Shown here piece after piece: positions 9,678 through 20,168 of a stretch of 64,000 bases of DNA. Under the pieces are notes generated by a model, which had not been told where the DNA came from, ran no database searches, and saw nothing but the letters and a program-made list of their open reading frames with translations. The stretch comes from Acidobacteriota bacterium (lineage in GTDB: Bacteria; Acidobacteriota; CAIWXX01), in NCBI GenBank assembly GCA_040755995.1, contig JBFMAF010000023.1, positions 160,001 to 224,000 on the forward strand, given 5' to 3'. Both the position numbers and the translations under genes were made by a program. How positions within the stretch are numbered: the stretch's first letter is position 1; every line of letters begins with the position of its first letter.

Positions 9678-9706
9678 AGGCCCGCGCTTCCGCGGACGCT
9701 GCGGGG

Positions 9707-12484
9707 TCATTGAGCCACGGCGCTGTCAAGAACCTCGCGGACCATCCTCGCCAATGCCTCCGGCGTGAAGGGCTTCTGGAGGAAATCGGCTGGGGCTCCG
9801 ACGATCGCCTGTCCGGCCACCGCTCCATCCGCGTACCCGGAGACGTAGACCACCTTGGTCGCCGGCCGCGTGGTGCGCAGGCGCTGCGCGAGCTCGTGTC
9901 CGCCGAATCCCGGCATGACGACGTCGGTCACGATCAGGTGGATGGTGTTCTCGTAGCGCGCGCAGAGATCCATTGCCTCCGCTCCATTGGCGGCCTCGAG
10001 CACATGATAGCCGTTCATGGAAAGGATCTCGCACGTCATGTTCCGGACCACTCTGTCGTCTTCGACTACGAGCACGGTTTCCCAGCCTTGCGGCAGGATG
10101 ACGGGCACCTTGTCCGCTTCATCGGACCGTGCTGCCTCTTCGACCAGCGGAAGGTAGATGGTGAAGCTGGCGCCGCGCCCCGCTTCGCTCTGGACCGAGA
10201 TGCTCCCGCCGCTCTGCTTGACGATGCCGTACACCGTGGAGAGTCCCAGGCCGGTGCCCTTGCCAACCTCCTTGGTGCTGAAGAACGGCTCGAAGAGGTG
10301 CGACTTGACGTGATCATCCATGCCCTGGCCGGTGTCGGTGATGGAGAGCATGGCGTGCGGGCCCGGTTGGCCACCCATCGTGCTCCTTGCGTGGCCCTCG
10401 TCGAGCTCGCAATTCTGCGTTCGGATCGTGATCACTCCTCCGGCCGGCATGGCGTCCCGGGCGTTGACGGCAAGATTCATGATCACCTGCTGGATCTGGC
10501 CCCGGTCGGCCTTGATCCTCCCGAGTCCGGGCTCCAGCGCGGACCGCAGCTCGATATCCTCCCCGATCATAGCTCGCAGCATCTTGTCCATCTCTCGGAT
10601 GATCGCGTTGAGGTCGAGGATCTGAGGCTGAAGCACCTGTTTGCGGCTGAAGGCAAGGAGTTGCTGCGTCAGAGACTTGGCGCGCTCTCCGGCGTTCTTG
10701 ATCTCCTCCACCTGCCGCCGCAGCGGATGCCCTTCGCCGAGGCGCATGAGCAGCAAGTCTGAGTATCCCATGATCGCCGTGAGGAGATTGTTGAAGTCAT
10801 GCGCCACTCCACCTGCCAGCCGTCCCACCGCCTCCATCTTCTGCGACTGCCGCAGCTGCTCCTCGAGCTGCCTGCGCTCGGTTATATCCAGGCCGATCGC
10901 GAGCACGCCCTGCGTGCCTCCGGCCGCATCCGTGAGCGTCTTGGCGTGCCATTCGATCTCCCGCTCGCGCCCGTCCTTCGTCACGATCGGGTTCACGCTA
11001 CCTTGCAGATGGCCCTGGCGTATCACCCGCGAAAACACCTCGCGGATACGGTCGCGGTCCCGCGCGGGCAGGAATACAGCGAACCACTCCTTGCCCTCCA
11101 CCTCATCGAGCCGATAACCGGACACTTCCTCCATGTAGCGGTTGAACCGCATCACCTTCCCCTGCGGATCCAGCACAAGAACAATGGCCTGCGCTGTCTC
11201 GATGATGCTTTCTGCAAACTCCCTGCGGAACCGCAGCTCCTCCTCCGCCGCCTTCCACTCAGTGACGTCCCGTTGCGTCCCCCAGGCCCTCACCAGGTAC
11301 CCGTTCTCGACGATCCCGATCAGGTTGTTCACGAAGGTCCTTCGATTCCCATACCGGTCCACCTCGTGCGACTCGGCATCTGTCAGCCTGTAACCGGAAC
11401 GGATGAATTTCCGCAGGTACTCGATGTTGGCCGGGTCGGTGGGCACGAGTGTTTCGGCGATCGAGAGCCCCGCGATCTCCTCGGCGCGAGAGAACCCATA
11501 CATCCGGGCCATGGCATCGTTGCATTCGACCAGCCGTCCATGCTCATAGATGACGCGGATCTGCTCGTCCTCAGGGAGGTTCACCGAGAGCGGCTCGTCC
11601 GATTCATACAGCCAGATCCCCTCGCTGCTCTGGCTGATGAACGAGCGGTATCGCTCCTCACTCCTCCGAAGCGCCTCCTCCGCCTGCCTCCGCGCCGTGA
11701 TATTCCGCACCACAGCCAGGACTTCATCTTTTCCGCAGGTCACCAACCGGCACTCGAAGTTCTGCAGTCCGTTCGGAACGGCCAGCGCGTATTCGTACAC
11801 CTGCGGCTCACCGGTGGCCAGCGCCAGCTCGACGTGATGCCGCGTGGGCCCGGCCACAGCGGGCGGCAGCAGCTCTTCGATCTTCTTCCCGATGATCTGG
11901 TCGGGCGGAACATGGAGATCGCGCGTGTCCTGTGCGTGGTACCCGAGGAAATCTCCGGTGCCCGATATCCGGAACATCAGGTCGGGAATGGCGTTGAGGA
12001 TGGCCCTGTTTCTCGCTTCGCTCCTCTCGAGCGCCTCCTGCGCCAGCCGGCGCTCGGTGATGTCCACGGCCACGCCGCGGAGCTGCGCGACGCGCCCGTC
12101 GGCACCTCGCACCACGTGCACGCGGTCGCGCAGCCAGACCACACCCCCGTCCGCCGCGAGCATGCAATAGCCGAGCACGTAGTCGCGCCCGTCGCGGATC
12201 GCGTCGATCGATTGCGACAGCGTCACGTGCCGGTAGTCAGCATGAAGGTGATTCACCCAGAAATTGCGTTCCGAAAACCACTGGTGCACCGGATAGCCGA
12301 GGATCGCTTCCGCCCGATCGCTCACGAAGGTGAAACGACGACCTGCGATCTCATCTGGTGACTCGGCCGTTGGCGCTGCGACATCCGCCTCCCACACGAT
12401 TGCGTCCAGCCCCTGCACCAGCTCCAGGAAGCGCTGGTATCCGGGAGCCGGCCCGCGAGTCGGATCATCAGGCGGAGGCGACAT
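9707..12484 (-). CDS. Cytoplasmic multi-PAS hybrid sensor histidine kinase (HisKA-HATPase-REC)
   Basis: Four PAS/PAC repeats, GGVAHDFNNLL, NLAVNARDAM, GTGLGL, and a receiver domain (VVEDD..TDVVMP..KPF). Confidence 0.95.
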   Translation of the reverse strand: MSPPPDDPTRGPAPGYQRFLELVQGLDAIVWEADVAAPTAESPDEIAGRRFTFVSDRAEAILGYPVHQWFSERNFWVNHLHADYRHVTLSQSIDAIRDGRDYVLGYCMLAADGGVVWLRDRVHVVRGADGRVAQLRGVAVDITERRLAQEALERSEARNRAILNAIPDLMFRISGTGDFLGYHAQDTRDLHVPPDQIIGKKIEELLPPAVAGPTRHHVELALATGEPQVYEYALAVPNGLQNFECRLVTCGKDEVLAVVRNITARRQAEEALRRSEERYRSFISQSSEGIWLYESDEPLSVNLPEDEQIRVIYEHGRLVECNDAMARMYGFSRAEEIAGLSIAETLVPTDPANIEYLRKFIRSGYRLTDAESHEVDRYGNRRTFVNNLIGIVENGYLVRAWGTQRDVTEWKAAEEELRFRREFAESIIETAQAIVLVLDPQGKVMRFNRYMEEVSGYRLDEVEGKEWFAVFLPARDRDRIREVFSRVIRQGHLQGSVNPIVTKDGREREIEWHAKTLTDAAGGTQGVLAIGLDITERRQLEEQLRQSQKMEAVGRLAGGVAHDFNNLLTAIMGYSDLLLMRLGEGHPLRRQVEEIKNAGERAKSLTQQLLAFSRKQVLQPQILDLNAIIREMDKMLRAMIGEDIELRSALEPGLGRIKADRGQIQQVIMNLAVNARDAMPAGGVITIRTQNCELDEGHARSTMGGQPGPHAMLSITDTGQGMDDHVKSHLFEPFFSTKEVGKGTGLGLSTVYGIVKQSGGSISVQSEAGRGASFTIYLPLVEEAARSDEADKVPVILPQGWETVLVVEDDRVVRNMTCEILSMNGYHVLEAANGAEAMDLCARYENTIHLIVTDVVMPGFGGHELAQRLRTTRPATKVVYVSGYADGAVAGQAIVGAPADFLQKPFTPEALARMVREVLDSAVAQ

Positions 12485-12490
12485 GGCTTT

Positions 12491-15430
12491 CTATTGCGGC
12501 TTCCGTGCGGGAGCTCCGTCCAGGATCTCGCGTACCTTCACCGCGAGCACGGCGGGAGTGAACGGCTTCTGCAGGAAGGCCGAGTTGCTTTCGACAGCCG
12601 CTTGCGCGACCCCCATGTCCTCGGCGTAGCCCGAGACGTAGAGAACGCCCATCTCCGGCCGCAGCGACCTCAGCCGCCGCGCCAGCTCGGGGCCGCCGAC
12701 CTGTGGCAGTACCACGTCGGCGATCACAAGGTGGATCGGGCCCGGATGTTTTTCGCAAATCGCGAGCGCCTCCGCGCCCGCGGCTGCCTCGAGCACCCGA
12801 TAGCCGTTCATCTCAAGCACCTCGCTCGTCATGCTGCGGACTGCGGTCTCATCTTCAACCAGCAGGATCGTCTCGGTGCCGCCCGCAGCGCCTGAGGATG
12901 GGCCCGCGGCGGCGGCCCCATCTCCGACTGCGGCGAGCCGCGGCAGATAGATCTTGAACGTGGACCCCTGTGCCGGCGTACTCATGACCTGGATCGTGCC
13001 GCCGCTCTGCTTGATGATGCCGTAGACCGTGCAGAGACCGAGCCCGGTTCCCTTGCCGGGCTCTTTGGTCGTGAAGAACGGCTCGAACAGGTGTGCCTGC
13101 ACCTCCGGATCCATGCCGCATCCGGTGTCGGCTATTGACAGCATGACGTGGGGACCCGCCTGGACACCTGGGTGATCGCGAGCATATGCCTCATCAAGTC
13201 TGGCGTTGGCGGTCTCGATGCGGAGCGTCCCGCCGTCCGGCATGGCGTCCCGCGCGTTGATGGCCAGGTTCAGTATGACCTGTTCGATCTGCCCCGGATC
13301 GGCCTTTGCCAGGCCGAGCGCGGGTTCCAGTATCGTTTCCAACTCGATATCCTCGCCGATGAGCCGCCGAAGCATCTTGTCCATGTCGGCCACGACCGAA
13401 TTGAGGTCGATGTCTCGCATCTGGAGCACCTGCTTGCGGCTGTATGCGAGAAGCTGGCGCGTCAACGAGGACGCCCGCTCGCCGGCCCGCTTGATCTCCT
13501 CGGCGTATCGCCTGCCCGGATCGTTGTGCGACACGCGCATGAGGAGCAGGTCGGAGTACCCCGTGATTGCAGTCAGCAGGTTGTTGAAGTCATGCGCCAC
13601 GCCGCCTGCCAATCTCCCGACCGCTTCCATTTTTTGCGACTGCCGCAGCTGCTCTTCGAGCTGCTTGCGGCTGGTCACATCGCGGATCACGAGCTGCACT
13701 GCCGGGCGGCCGTGCAGGGTCAGAGGCTCAGCAGCGACCTCCACGTCAAACGGCGTTCCATCCAGGCGGAGGAACTTCTCCTCGGCCACGGGGACCTTCT
13801 TGCGCTCGACGATCATCTGGCGCATCCTACCCAGAACGAGCTCCCGGTAGTCCGGATGCACGAAACCGATCACGGGTTTGCCGACTGCCTCATCGGGGCT
13901 CCGTACGCCGAACATCTTCATGCATGCCGAATTCACGAATACGACTTTGCCCTCGGCATGCACGACGATGGCATCCGGCGATAGCTCTACCAGTGTCCGA
14001 TATCGCTCCTCGCTTTCCCTCAGCTCCGTCTCGGCGCGTTTCCGCTCCGTTGCATCTTCGATGATCACGGCCAGTTCGTGAGCGGACCCCGTGACTCGCC
14101 TGGCGGTGAGCCGGAGGACGCGGATGTCCTGCGCGCCTGCGGCCTCGGCCGGCCGCCGCCACTCGACCTCCCGTATCGCGAGGAAGCCGGGAGAAGGAGG
14201 AGGCGGTGTGGTCGGACCTCCCGGCAGCTCGCCCGCGCTCCGCAGGTACTCATCGATGCCGGGAATTGGAAGCAGGCCCGAAAAAGGCTGGCCCAGAGTC
14301 GAATCCTGGTTGTTCCCGACCAGTTTGCAGAACGCCCGGTTCGCATATCGAATCCGGTGGTCGGCCCCCAGCCGGACGACCGAGACCGGCAGCGCCATCA
14401 TGGTCGAGCGGTAGTGCTCTTCGGCGGCAGCGGCTCGCGCGCCGTCCTCCTGCGACTGAAACCACTCTGCGCGCAACCTTCCTGTGGTCCAGAGCAGGAA
14501 CGCGAACATCGGCAGGAAGATGACCACCCAGACGCCGAGCAGAAACCAGACCACGCCGCGGATCGGGGCCACGATGTTTTGCCGCACCATGCTCACCAGT
14601 ATCGTCCAGCGCGCATTCCCAGAGCCTTCTGGGAGATGAGCAGGCGCGTACCCGGTGATCTCGGTCTCACCCGTCACAGGGTGCGGCTCTTCGACGTAGC
14701 CGGGCCCGGCCTCCAAGGACGCCCGCGTCGCAGCCATGGAATTGAGCCGGCGGAGATTGATGCGGTGAGTGGGAGTGCCGAAAGAGTCGGCTATTATGTC
14801 CCCATCTGCGTCCAACACCTGGTACTGAATTCGAGTAGGAACGCCTGCCGTGTCGCTGTAGGTCATGTATGCGCGAAGGCTCCCTTCGAGCATGGCTTGA
14901 ACGTCGACGCATGCAATGACCGCGCCCCCGAACTTCCCGGCATTGGTCCGGTACGGCCCCACGATCGAGATGGAACCGGCCCCCGGTCCGCCAAAGCAAT
15001 CGCCGGCCTCCCAAACCACGACCCTCGCATCCACCTCCGCGTTCTCGAACCACGGCCGTCGTCTCCAGTCGCCCCCCAACTCGGATGCCTCCGTCGCGGC
15101 CACCACCCAACCAGCCGCATCGGTCACGGCGATGGACTTGTAGCTCGGGAATGCCCTCTTTACGGCCTCCAGCCTGCGTGCCGCCGACGCGCGGTCTACT
15201 GCCGTCAGCGCCGGGTCCTCCACCATGAGCCGCATGGAGCCCGTGCAGGCGGCGAGCTGCAGTTCGACTTTCAGGGCGAGTTGCGTGGCGGCCAGGGACA
15301 TCCCTTCGCCAGCGGCACGCACCACGTGCGTCTGCACGCGGTACAGCGTAACCACACCCGTGATCGCAGCCAGAATCCCCAGCAGAAGAATGATCACCGG
15401 CAGGTGACGATAGGGCGCCCGTTTCTGCAC
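12491..15430 (-). CDS. Membrane hybrid sensor histidine kinase (Cache-like, PAS, HisKA, HATPase, REC)
   Basis: Two TM helices flanking an extracytoplasmic domain, two PAS domains, AHDFNNLL, and a receiver domain. Confidence 0.93.
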   Translation of the reverse strand: MQKRAPYRHLPVIILLLGILAAITGVVTLYRVQTHVVRAAGEGMSLAATQLALKVELQLAACTGSMRLMVEDPALTAVDRASAARRLEAVKRAFPSYKSIAVTDAAGWVVAATEASELGGDWRRRPWFENAEVDARVVVWEAGDCFGGPGAGSISIVGPYRTNAGKFGGAVIACVDVQAMLEGSLRAYMTYSDTAGVPTRIQYQVLDADGDIIADSFGTPTHRINLRRLNSMAATRASLEAGPGYVEEPHPVTGETEITGYAPAHLPEGSGNARWTILVSMVRQNIVAPIRGVVWFLLGVWVVIFLPMFAFLLWTTGRLRAEWFQSQEDGARAAAAEEHYRSTMMALPVSVVRLGADHRIRYANRAFCKLVGNNQDSTLGQPFSGLLPIPGIDEYLRSAGELPGGPTTPPPPSPGFLAIREVEWRRPAEAAGAQDIRVLRLTARRVTGSAHELAVIIEDATERKRAETELRESEERYRTLVELSPDAIVVHAEGKVVFVNSACMKMFGVRSPDEAVGKPVIGFVHPDYRELVLGRMRQMIVERKKVPVAEEKFLRLDGTPFDVEVAAEPLTLHGRPAVQLVIRDVTSRKQLEEQLRQSQKMEAVGRLAGGVAHDFNNLLTAITGYSDLLLMRVSHNDPGRRYAEEIKRAGERASSLTRQLLAYSRKQVLQMRDIDLNSVVADMDKMLRRLIGEDIELETILEPALGLAKADPGQIEQVILNLAINARDAMPDGGTLRIETANARLDEAYARDHPGVQAGPHVMLSIADTGCGMDPEVQAHLFEPFFTTKEPGKGTGLGLCTVYGIIKQSGGTIQVMSTPAQGSTFKIYLPRLAAVGDGAAAAGPSSGAAGGTETILLVEDETAVRSMTSEVLEMNGYRVLEAAAGAEALAICEKHPGPIHLVIADVVLPQVGGPELARRLRSLRPEMGVLYVSGYAEDMGVAQAAVESNSAFLQKPFTPAVLAVKVREILDGAPARKPQ

Positions 15431-15727
15431 AGTCTACCAGTACCTTCCGACGACGGGCAGATCAACCCGCCAGCTCGCGGAGAACAACATAGCTTCCATT
15501 CTAAACCGATTCGCCCCGCGATGTTAAGCGCTTTCTTCGCACCGGGCATGATCGTTTGCCCTAGGTGAGTCACCACCTCCTCCAGCCAGCTACCGACGGG
15601 AAGACGTTCGCAACCATCCCCGCCACCAGCCTTCACCAAAGCCTTTGTATCACGCCCCTTCTCGCCCGATCCGGCCGTCGGGCCGGCGCCCGAGCAGCCG
15701 ATCGATTATACTTGTGCAAGGTGCCTG

Positions 15728-16090
15728 ATGATCGACTACAGGGCGGCTGTCGTATCGAAGGCTTATCGGATAGTCCGTGGTCCGGATTACAACCAGGTGC
15801 TCTACGATCTCCGCGAACGGCTCGAGAGCTCGCAGCCGATTTATGAAGTTGCGCTGGACGATTCGCGCTCGTGGGAGTACGTCCGGGACAATGTCTATCC
15901 GCCGATGGCCCGGTACATGAAGCGGATGAAGCTGGACCCGGTTACGGGTCACGGCCTCGTGGTCGTGGTGTTCTACGGCGGCCTCGCGCATTTCGTCCTG
16001 GGCGAGGATTTCGTGGAGGTGTTCCGGGAGATCGAGGGACTCAATGAGACTGCCTTTCACTTCCGAGTGATGCGCTGGGTGGCAGGCTGA
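15728..16090 (+). CDS. Hypothetical protein
   Basis: Protein-like composition and host-like codon usage; TATACT and AAGG upstream. No family recognised. Confidence 0.65.
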   Translation: MIDYRAAVVSKAYRIVRGPDYNQVLYDLRERLESSQPIYEVALDDSRSWEYVRDNVYPPMARYMKRMKLDPVTGHGLVVVVFYGGLAHFVLGEDFVEVFREIEGLNETAFHFRVMRWVAG

Positions 16091-16098
16091 AGCGTCTG

Positions 16099-16176
16099 TA
16101 CAGCGCTACTTGCGTCGCGCTGTATGGGCGAGGCGCGGGCCGGGCGATGAACAGGGCGCACGCCGTGCGCCCCTAC
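16099..16176. repeat. TACAGCGC-family palindrome followed by a REP-like hairpin
   Basis: TACAGCGCTAC-TTGC-GTCGCGCTGTA at 16099-16124 and GGGCGCACGCCGTGCGCCCCTAC at 16154-16176, between convergent genes. Confidence 0.65.
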
Positions 16177-18515
16177 GAGAATCGGAAGGTCCTTCGCACG
16201 AGGACCCGGTCCCCGCCGTCGATCATCCACGCGCGACGGGGCTCGATTGAACCGGGCGGGACCGGTGGCAAGCCGTCCGTCCTGTCTATTACACCAAGCT
16301 CGACGACACTGCCCGCTCGAACCTCGATCTGGACATCCAGCCCATCCGGCGGCGGTGCGTAGTAGTTGACTGCCCACGAGTAGCGGCCCCCTTGCCCCTG
16401 ATGTGGCCTCGAACCAGTCATTTCCTTGCCGTTCACAGCGGCGGCGAGAACTTCGCACTTGTTCGTGGTGAAGAGCGTGATGGCACGCCCCATGCGCGGG
16501 CTCGTCACTCGCAACCGGAGCTTTCTCCGATCTCCATCGAGCTCATCACTCATGAGCGCCGCGCCGGGAGCCGGCAGGGTCAGCACGGGCGCCGGGGCTG
16601 CCGGCTGGCTCCGAGTCGAGTTGATCGGGAAGAAGTCGGAGAGCCGGATCGACGTCTTTCCATGCGCGAGGAACTGTGCAGTCCATTCATCCTGCGGTTC
16701 GTCGAACGCCGACCAGAGCGCCTCGTGCCTGTCCGAGTCCAAGAAATAGATGATGCGATTCGCAATGGGACGGGTCTGGTCGAAGCCGCTTGTGCGCTCC
16801 GCCCATACGATCGAGACCATCGCGACGACGAGGGCCAGCACTGGCAGCACGAAGCGCTTCGACTCCGTCATGAACATGACCTGAGGAACAAGGCAGCACA
16901 ACATGAGTCCGGTCATGGCGCTCGCGGCGGCGAGCTGTGTCGAGCCGGTGGCCGCGAACAGCAGATAGACCGCGGGCGCGAAGAGCAACGCAGCGGGAAG
17001 CGCAGAGACGGCCGCGAGCGCGAGCCGTATCGCGGCCGCGCCGGCCACGGCCTTTCTCGGCGGCGTGATGTGGAGTGCCACCAGCCCGGCGATGACCGGC
17101 CATACGAACAGGTAGCTGAGGCCCGGCACGAATGCAGCCGAGAGCAAGGCGAGTATCAGGATCGGCGTCAGGCCGCCCATCGCCAGATTTTCGGCTGGCG
17201 TGCGCTTTTGTAGCAAAGCGTACACGCCGGTGAACACACCGAGGCAGAGCGCGGTCAGCCCCAATTGGTACAAGCCGCCGTTGTAGAGATGGCCGTAGAA
17301 CGAGGCATACTCAGGATGCCAGCGAGAGATGAGGCGCCATGCGAGCGCCGCGGCGCCGGCGCCCGCGGCAGTTCCGATCACCGCCGCCAGAGCGGCGAAT
17401 CCCAGCCCGCGAAGTGTGAGGCGGCCAGCGCGAAGACCCACGAACGCCACCACCGCGAACAGGACCAGGCTGAGCCCTGCAAGGGGCCACGCCCCCCTCG
17501 TGGAATAGTGCACCAGTCCTGCCCACGGCAGGTTGAAGTAGACCGCGTCCGAGCTGCCTTTGATCTGCGTCAGGTCGACGTTCCCGAAATGTCGGGTGAT
17601 GGCGAGCGCCTGTTCGCCGTGGTGTTGCAGACTGCGATGGTCCAGGTTTCCCGGATTGTCCAGCAGCGTGTGGTAGTGCGTTGCGCCGTCGATGAAGGCG
17701 AAATTCAATCCGGCCAGCCCTGCCTTCCGATAAGGGGTGAAAGAGGTGTCATTCGGAAGTCGCCGTGACACCTCGCATGCCCACGAGGCGCTCACAGCCG
17801 AAGGAACCGCTGAGGCAAACCCATCGATGAGGCGGCTGTTGCCTTCCGATGTCTCGTACATGATGGACGGGCCCTTGTGCCCGCGGGCCTCGAGGTTCAG
17901 CACCATCCCCACGTCCCGTGCCCACGGGTGCTCCGCTACGAAGGCGCGCGCGCCCAGAAGGCCGACCTCCTCGCCGTCGTCGAACAGAAAGATCACGTCG
18001 TTCTGGAGCGGCGGCGAGGCACGGAGTGCCCGCATTGTCTCCAGCAGGGCCGCGACCCCCGCCGCGTCATCCGCCGCGCCCGGCGCGGTGGGTGCCGAAT
18101 CGTAGTGAGCAGAGAGCATGATTGCCCGCCTTCCGCACGTACCCTTCATGCGCGCCATCACGTTCTGGACTGTCCCTGCTGAGAGTCGTTCTGCGTCCAG
18201 AGCGACTGTCTGCCAGACAACGGGAGTCAGCCCCGCCGCCCGGATCTGCTCCACCAGGTACTCCCTCACCCTCGTATGCTCCGGTGTCCCGATCGGGTGC
18301 GGTTCTTGGGCGATGGCAGCGACATGGCGCATCGCGCGCTCCGATGAGAATGCGCGCTCAGGCGCAGTTGCGGGCACAGCGCCGGGGGGCATCACCGAAC
18401 GGATGCCGAGAACCGCCGCCCCGAGGATGATGGCCGGCAGCAGCATGCCCGAGAGCAGCCCGATCACCGGCGGCGATGAAGTCTCAAGTTGGCTCGCCTC
18501 ATCCTGGTTGCTCAT
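16173..18515 (-). CDS. Membrane M28 family metallopeptidase (ERMP1-like)
   Basis: SAHYDS, GAADDAAG, GEEVGLLGA, NLEARG and YHT motifs, followed by multiple TM helices. Confidence 0.9.
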   Translation of the reverse strand: MSNQDEASQLETSSPPVIGLLSGMLLPAIILGAAVLGIRSVMPPGAVPATAPERAFSSERAMRHVAAIAQEPHPIGTPEHTRVREYLVEQIRAAGLTPVVWQTVALDAERLSAGTVQNVMARMKGTCGRRAIMLSAHYDSAPTAPGAADDAAGVAALLETMRALRASPPLQNDVIFLFDDGEEVGLLGARAFVAEHPWARDVGMVLNLEARGHKGPSIMYETSEGNSRLIDGFASAVPSAVSASWACEVSRRLPNDTSFTPYRKAGLAGLNFAFIDGATHYHTLLDNPGNLDHRSLQHHGEQALAITRHFGNVDLTQIKGSSDAVYFNLPWAGLVHYSTRGAWPLAGLSLVLFAVVAFVGLRAGRLTLRGLGFAALAAVIGTAAGAGAAALAWRLISRWHPEYASFYGHLYNGGLYQLGLTALCLGVFTGVYALLQKRTPAENLAMGGLTPILILALLSAAFVPGLSYLFVWPVIAGLVALHITPPRKAVAGAAAIRLALAAVSALPAALLFAPAVYLLFAATGSTQLAAASAMTGLMLCCLVPQVMFMTESKRFVLPVLALVVAMVSIVWAERTSGFDQTRPIANRIIYFLDSDRHEALWSAFDEPQDEWTAQFLAHGKTSIRLSDFFPINSTRSQPAAPAPVLTLPAPGAALMSDELDGDRRKLRLRVTSPRMGRAITLFTTNKCEVLAAAVNGKEMTGSRPHQGQGGRYSWAVNYYAPPPDGLDVQIEVRAGSVVELGVIDRTDGLPPVPPGSIEPRRAWMIDGGDRVLVRRTFRFS

Positions 18516-18588
18516 CCCTCAGCCTCCTGATGCTCCCCTTCGGGAGCCTGAATCCTACTCCGAGATGACGACGGAGAAAAGCCGACAG

Positions 18589-18700
18589 GGAGTTGTCAGT
18601 TGATAGTTGGCAGTTGTCGGTTGTCGAGTGCCAGTGAGTCGGCTCCTTTCCCCGTGGCCGCCGCCCATCTGACAACTGCCAACTGACAACTGTCAACTCC
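18589..18700. repeat. Heptamer (AGTTGNC)n / (GNCAACT)n inverted tandem repeat
   Basis: Five units at 18591-18625 and four complementary units at 18671-18698. Confidence 0.85.
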
Positions 18701-18758
18701 GTTCGGGACATTGTAAAGCTCTCGCCCGCTGTGGTACGATGAAGTGCGGCTTGCAGTC

Positions 18759-20168
18759 ATGATCAAATTCGGGACCAGCGGCTGGCGGGCGGTGATGGGT
18801 GATGAGTTCACCTTTCAGAATGTCCGCACGGTCGTACAGGCTATCTGCAACTACTTGAAGTCTGAAGGAAAGACACGCCGCGGAGTTCTGGTCGGGTATG
18901 ACACTCGCTTCCTTTCCGACCGTTTTGCTCGGGAGGCCGCGAAGGTCATCTCGCACAATCGCATCGTCTGCTATCTGAGCGATCGGGATTCACCGACTCC
19001 CGCCATCTCTTACGAGATCATTCGTCGCGACCTGGACGCGGCCATCAACTTCACGGCGAGCCACAATCCGGCCGAGTACAACGGGTTGAAGATGTCGACC
19101 GAAGACGGAGGGCCGGCGGTGCCGGAGGTGACACAGCGGATCGAGCAGCACATCCTGCGAATCGAAAACGAGCGCGCGGCGGCCAGCTACTATCCGGAGG
19201 AGAGCCTGATTCATGAGGTCGATCTCAGCGAATATTACTTGAAGCTGTTGGCGTCCAAAATCGACTTCGAGAAGATCTCTCGATCGGGCATGTTGATAGC
19301 CATCGATGCGCTTTACGGCACAGCCCGAGACTACCTCGACAGAATCCTGATCCAAAACGGCTGCGCGTGCGAGGTCATTCACAACTTCAAGGACCCGTAT
19401 TTCGGAGGCTATTCGCCCGCCTGCTCCGAATCGAACCTCGTCGAGCTTCGCGCGACGGTGCAGCAGCGCGGCTGCCGCATTGCGCTCGCCACCGACGGCG
19501 ACGCAGACCGGTTTGCCGTCCTGGACCGGAACGGCGACTTTGTTCCGGCGAACTACCTGCTCGCGCTGCTGTTCCGCTACCTTGTCCAGACGCGCCCGCA
19601 TCTCATGGGCGGCGTGGCGCGCAGCATCGCGACCACGCATCTTCTCGACCGTCTCGCGGCGAAGTACTCGGTGCCGTTGTACGAGACGCCGGTCGGCTTC
19701 AAGTACATCAGCGGGTTGCTGCTGGAGGGGAAGTTGATCATGGGCGGCGAAGAGAGCGGCGGGTTCACCATGGGCCGGCATCTGCCCGAGAAGGACGGGA
19801 TCCTCGCCTGCCTGCTCGTGGCCGAGATGGCCGCTTCTTCGAGCCAGTCGCTCGGGGAGATGATCCGGGAGCTCTTTGCCGAGGTCGGCCCGCTCTACAA
19901 CCGCCGATTGAGCATCAAGCTCACCGCGGCGCTCTCGGAGCGGCTGGCCGAGCAGCTCGAGCGCATGCCGGGTGAGCTGGGAGGCAGACGGGCCGTCTCC
20001 GTCAGCCACCTGGACGGCGTGCGGCTGGCTTTCGAAGACGGCAGCTGGCTTCTCATGCGGCTGGCCGGAACGGAGCCGCTTATGCGAATGTACGCGGAGG
20101 CCCCGACGCCGGCCGGGCTGGACGAGCTCATCGAGGCCGGCAGACACTACGTGTACCAATTCCAATGA
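18759..20168 (+). CDS. Phosphoglucomutase/phosphomannomutase family protein
   Basis: IKFGTSGWR, TASHNP phosphoserine loop, DGDADR metal loop and GGEESGG. Confidence 0.95.
   Translation: MIKFGTSGWRAVMGDEFTFQNVRTVVQAICNYLKSEGKTRRGVLVGYDTRFLSDRFAREAAKVISHNRIVCYLSDRDSPTPAISYEIIRRDLDAAINFTASHNPAEYNGLKMSTEDGGPAVPEVTQRIEQHILRIENERAAASYYPEESLIHEVDLSEYYLKLLASKIDFEKISRSGMLIAIDALYGTARDYLDRILIQNGCACEVIHNFKDPYFGGYSPACSESNLVELRATVQQRGCRIALATDGDADRFAVLDRNGDFVPANYLLALLFRYLVQTRPHLMGGVARSIATTHLLDRLAAKYSVPLYETPVGFKYISGLLLEGKLIMGGEESGGFTMGRHLPEKDGILACLLVAEMAASSSQSLGEMIRELFAEVGPLYNRRLSIKLTAALSERLAEQLERMPGELGGRRAVSVSHLDGVRLAFEDGSWLLMRLAGTEPLMRMYAEAPTPAGLDELIEAGRHYVYQFQ

Noticed and set aside
9710..15568. Long plus-strand ORFs (350-520 aa) opposite the histidine kinases, and similar shadow ORFs elsewhere (e.g. 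56412-58826, 61544-63762)
   Set aside because: Antisense or alternate-frame shadows expected from high-GC codon bias; no recognisable motifs.
15540..15575. GGGCAAAC-containing hairpin upstream of the Cache kinase as a c-di-GMP riboswitch
   Set aside because: Only the first few bases match; the second stem and tetraloop are missing.
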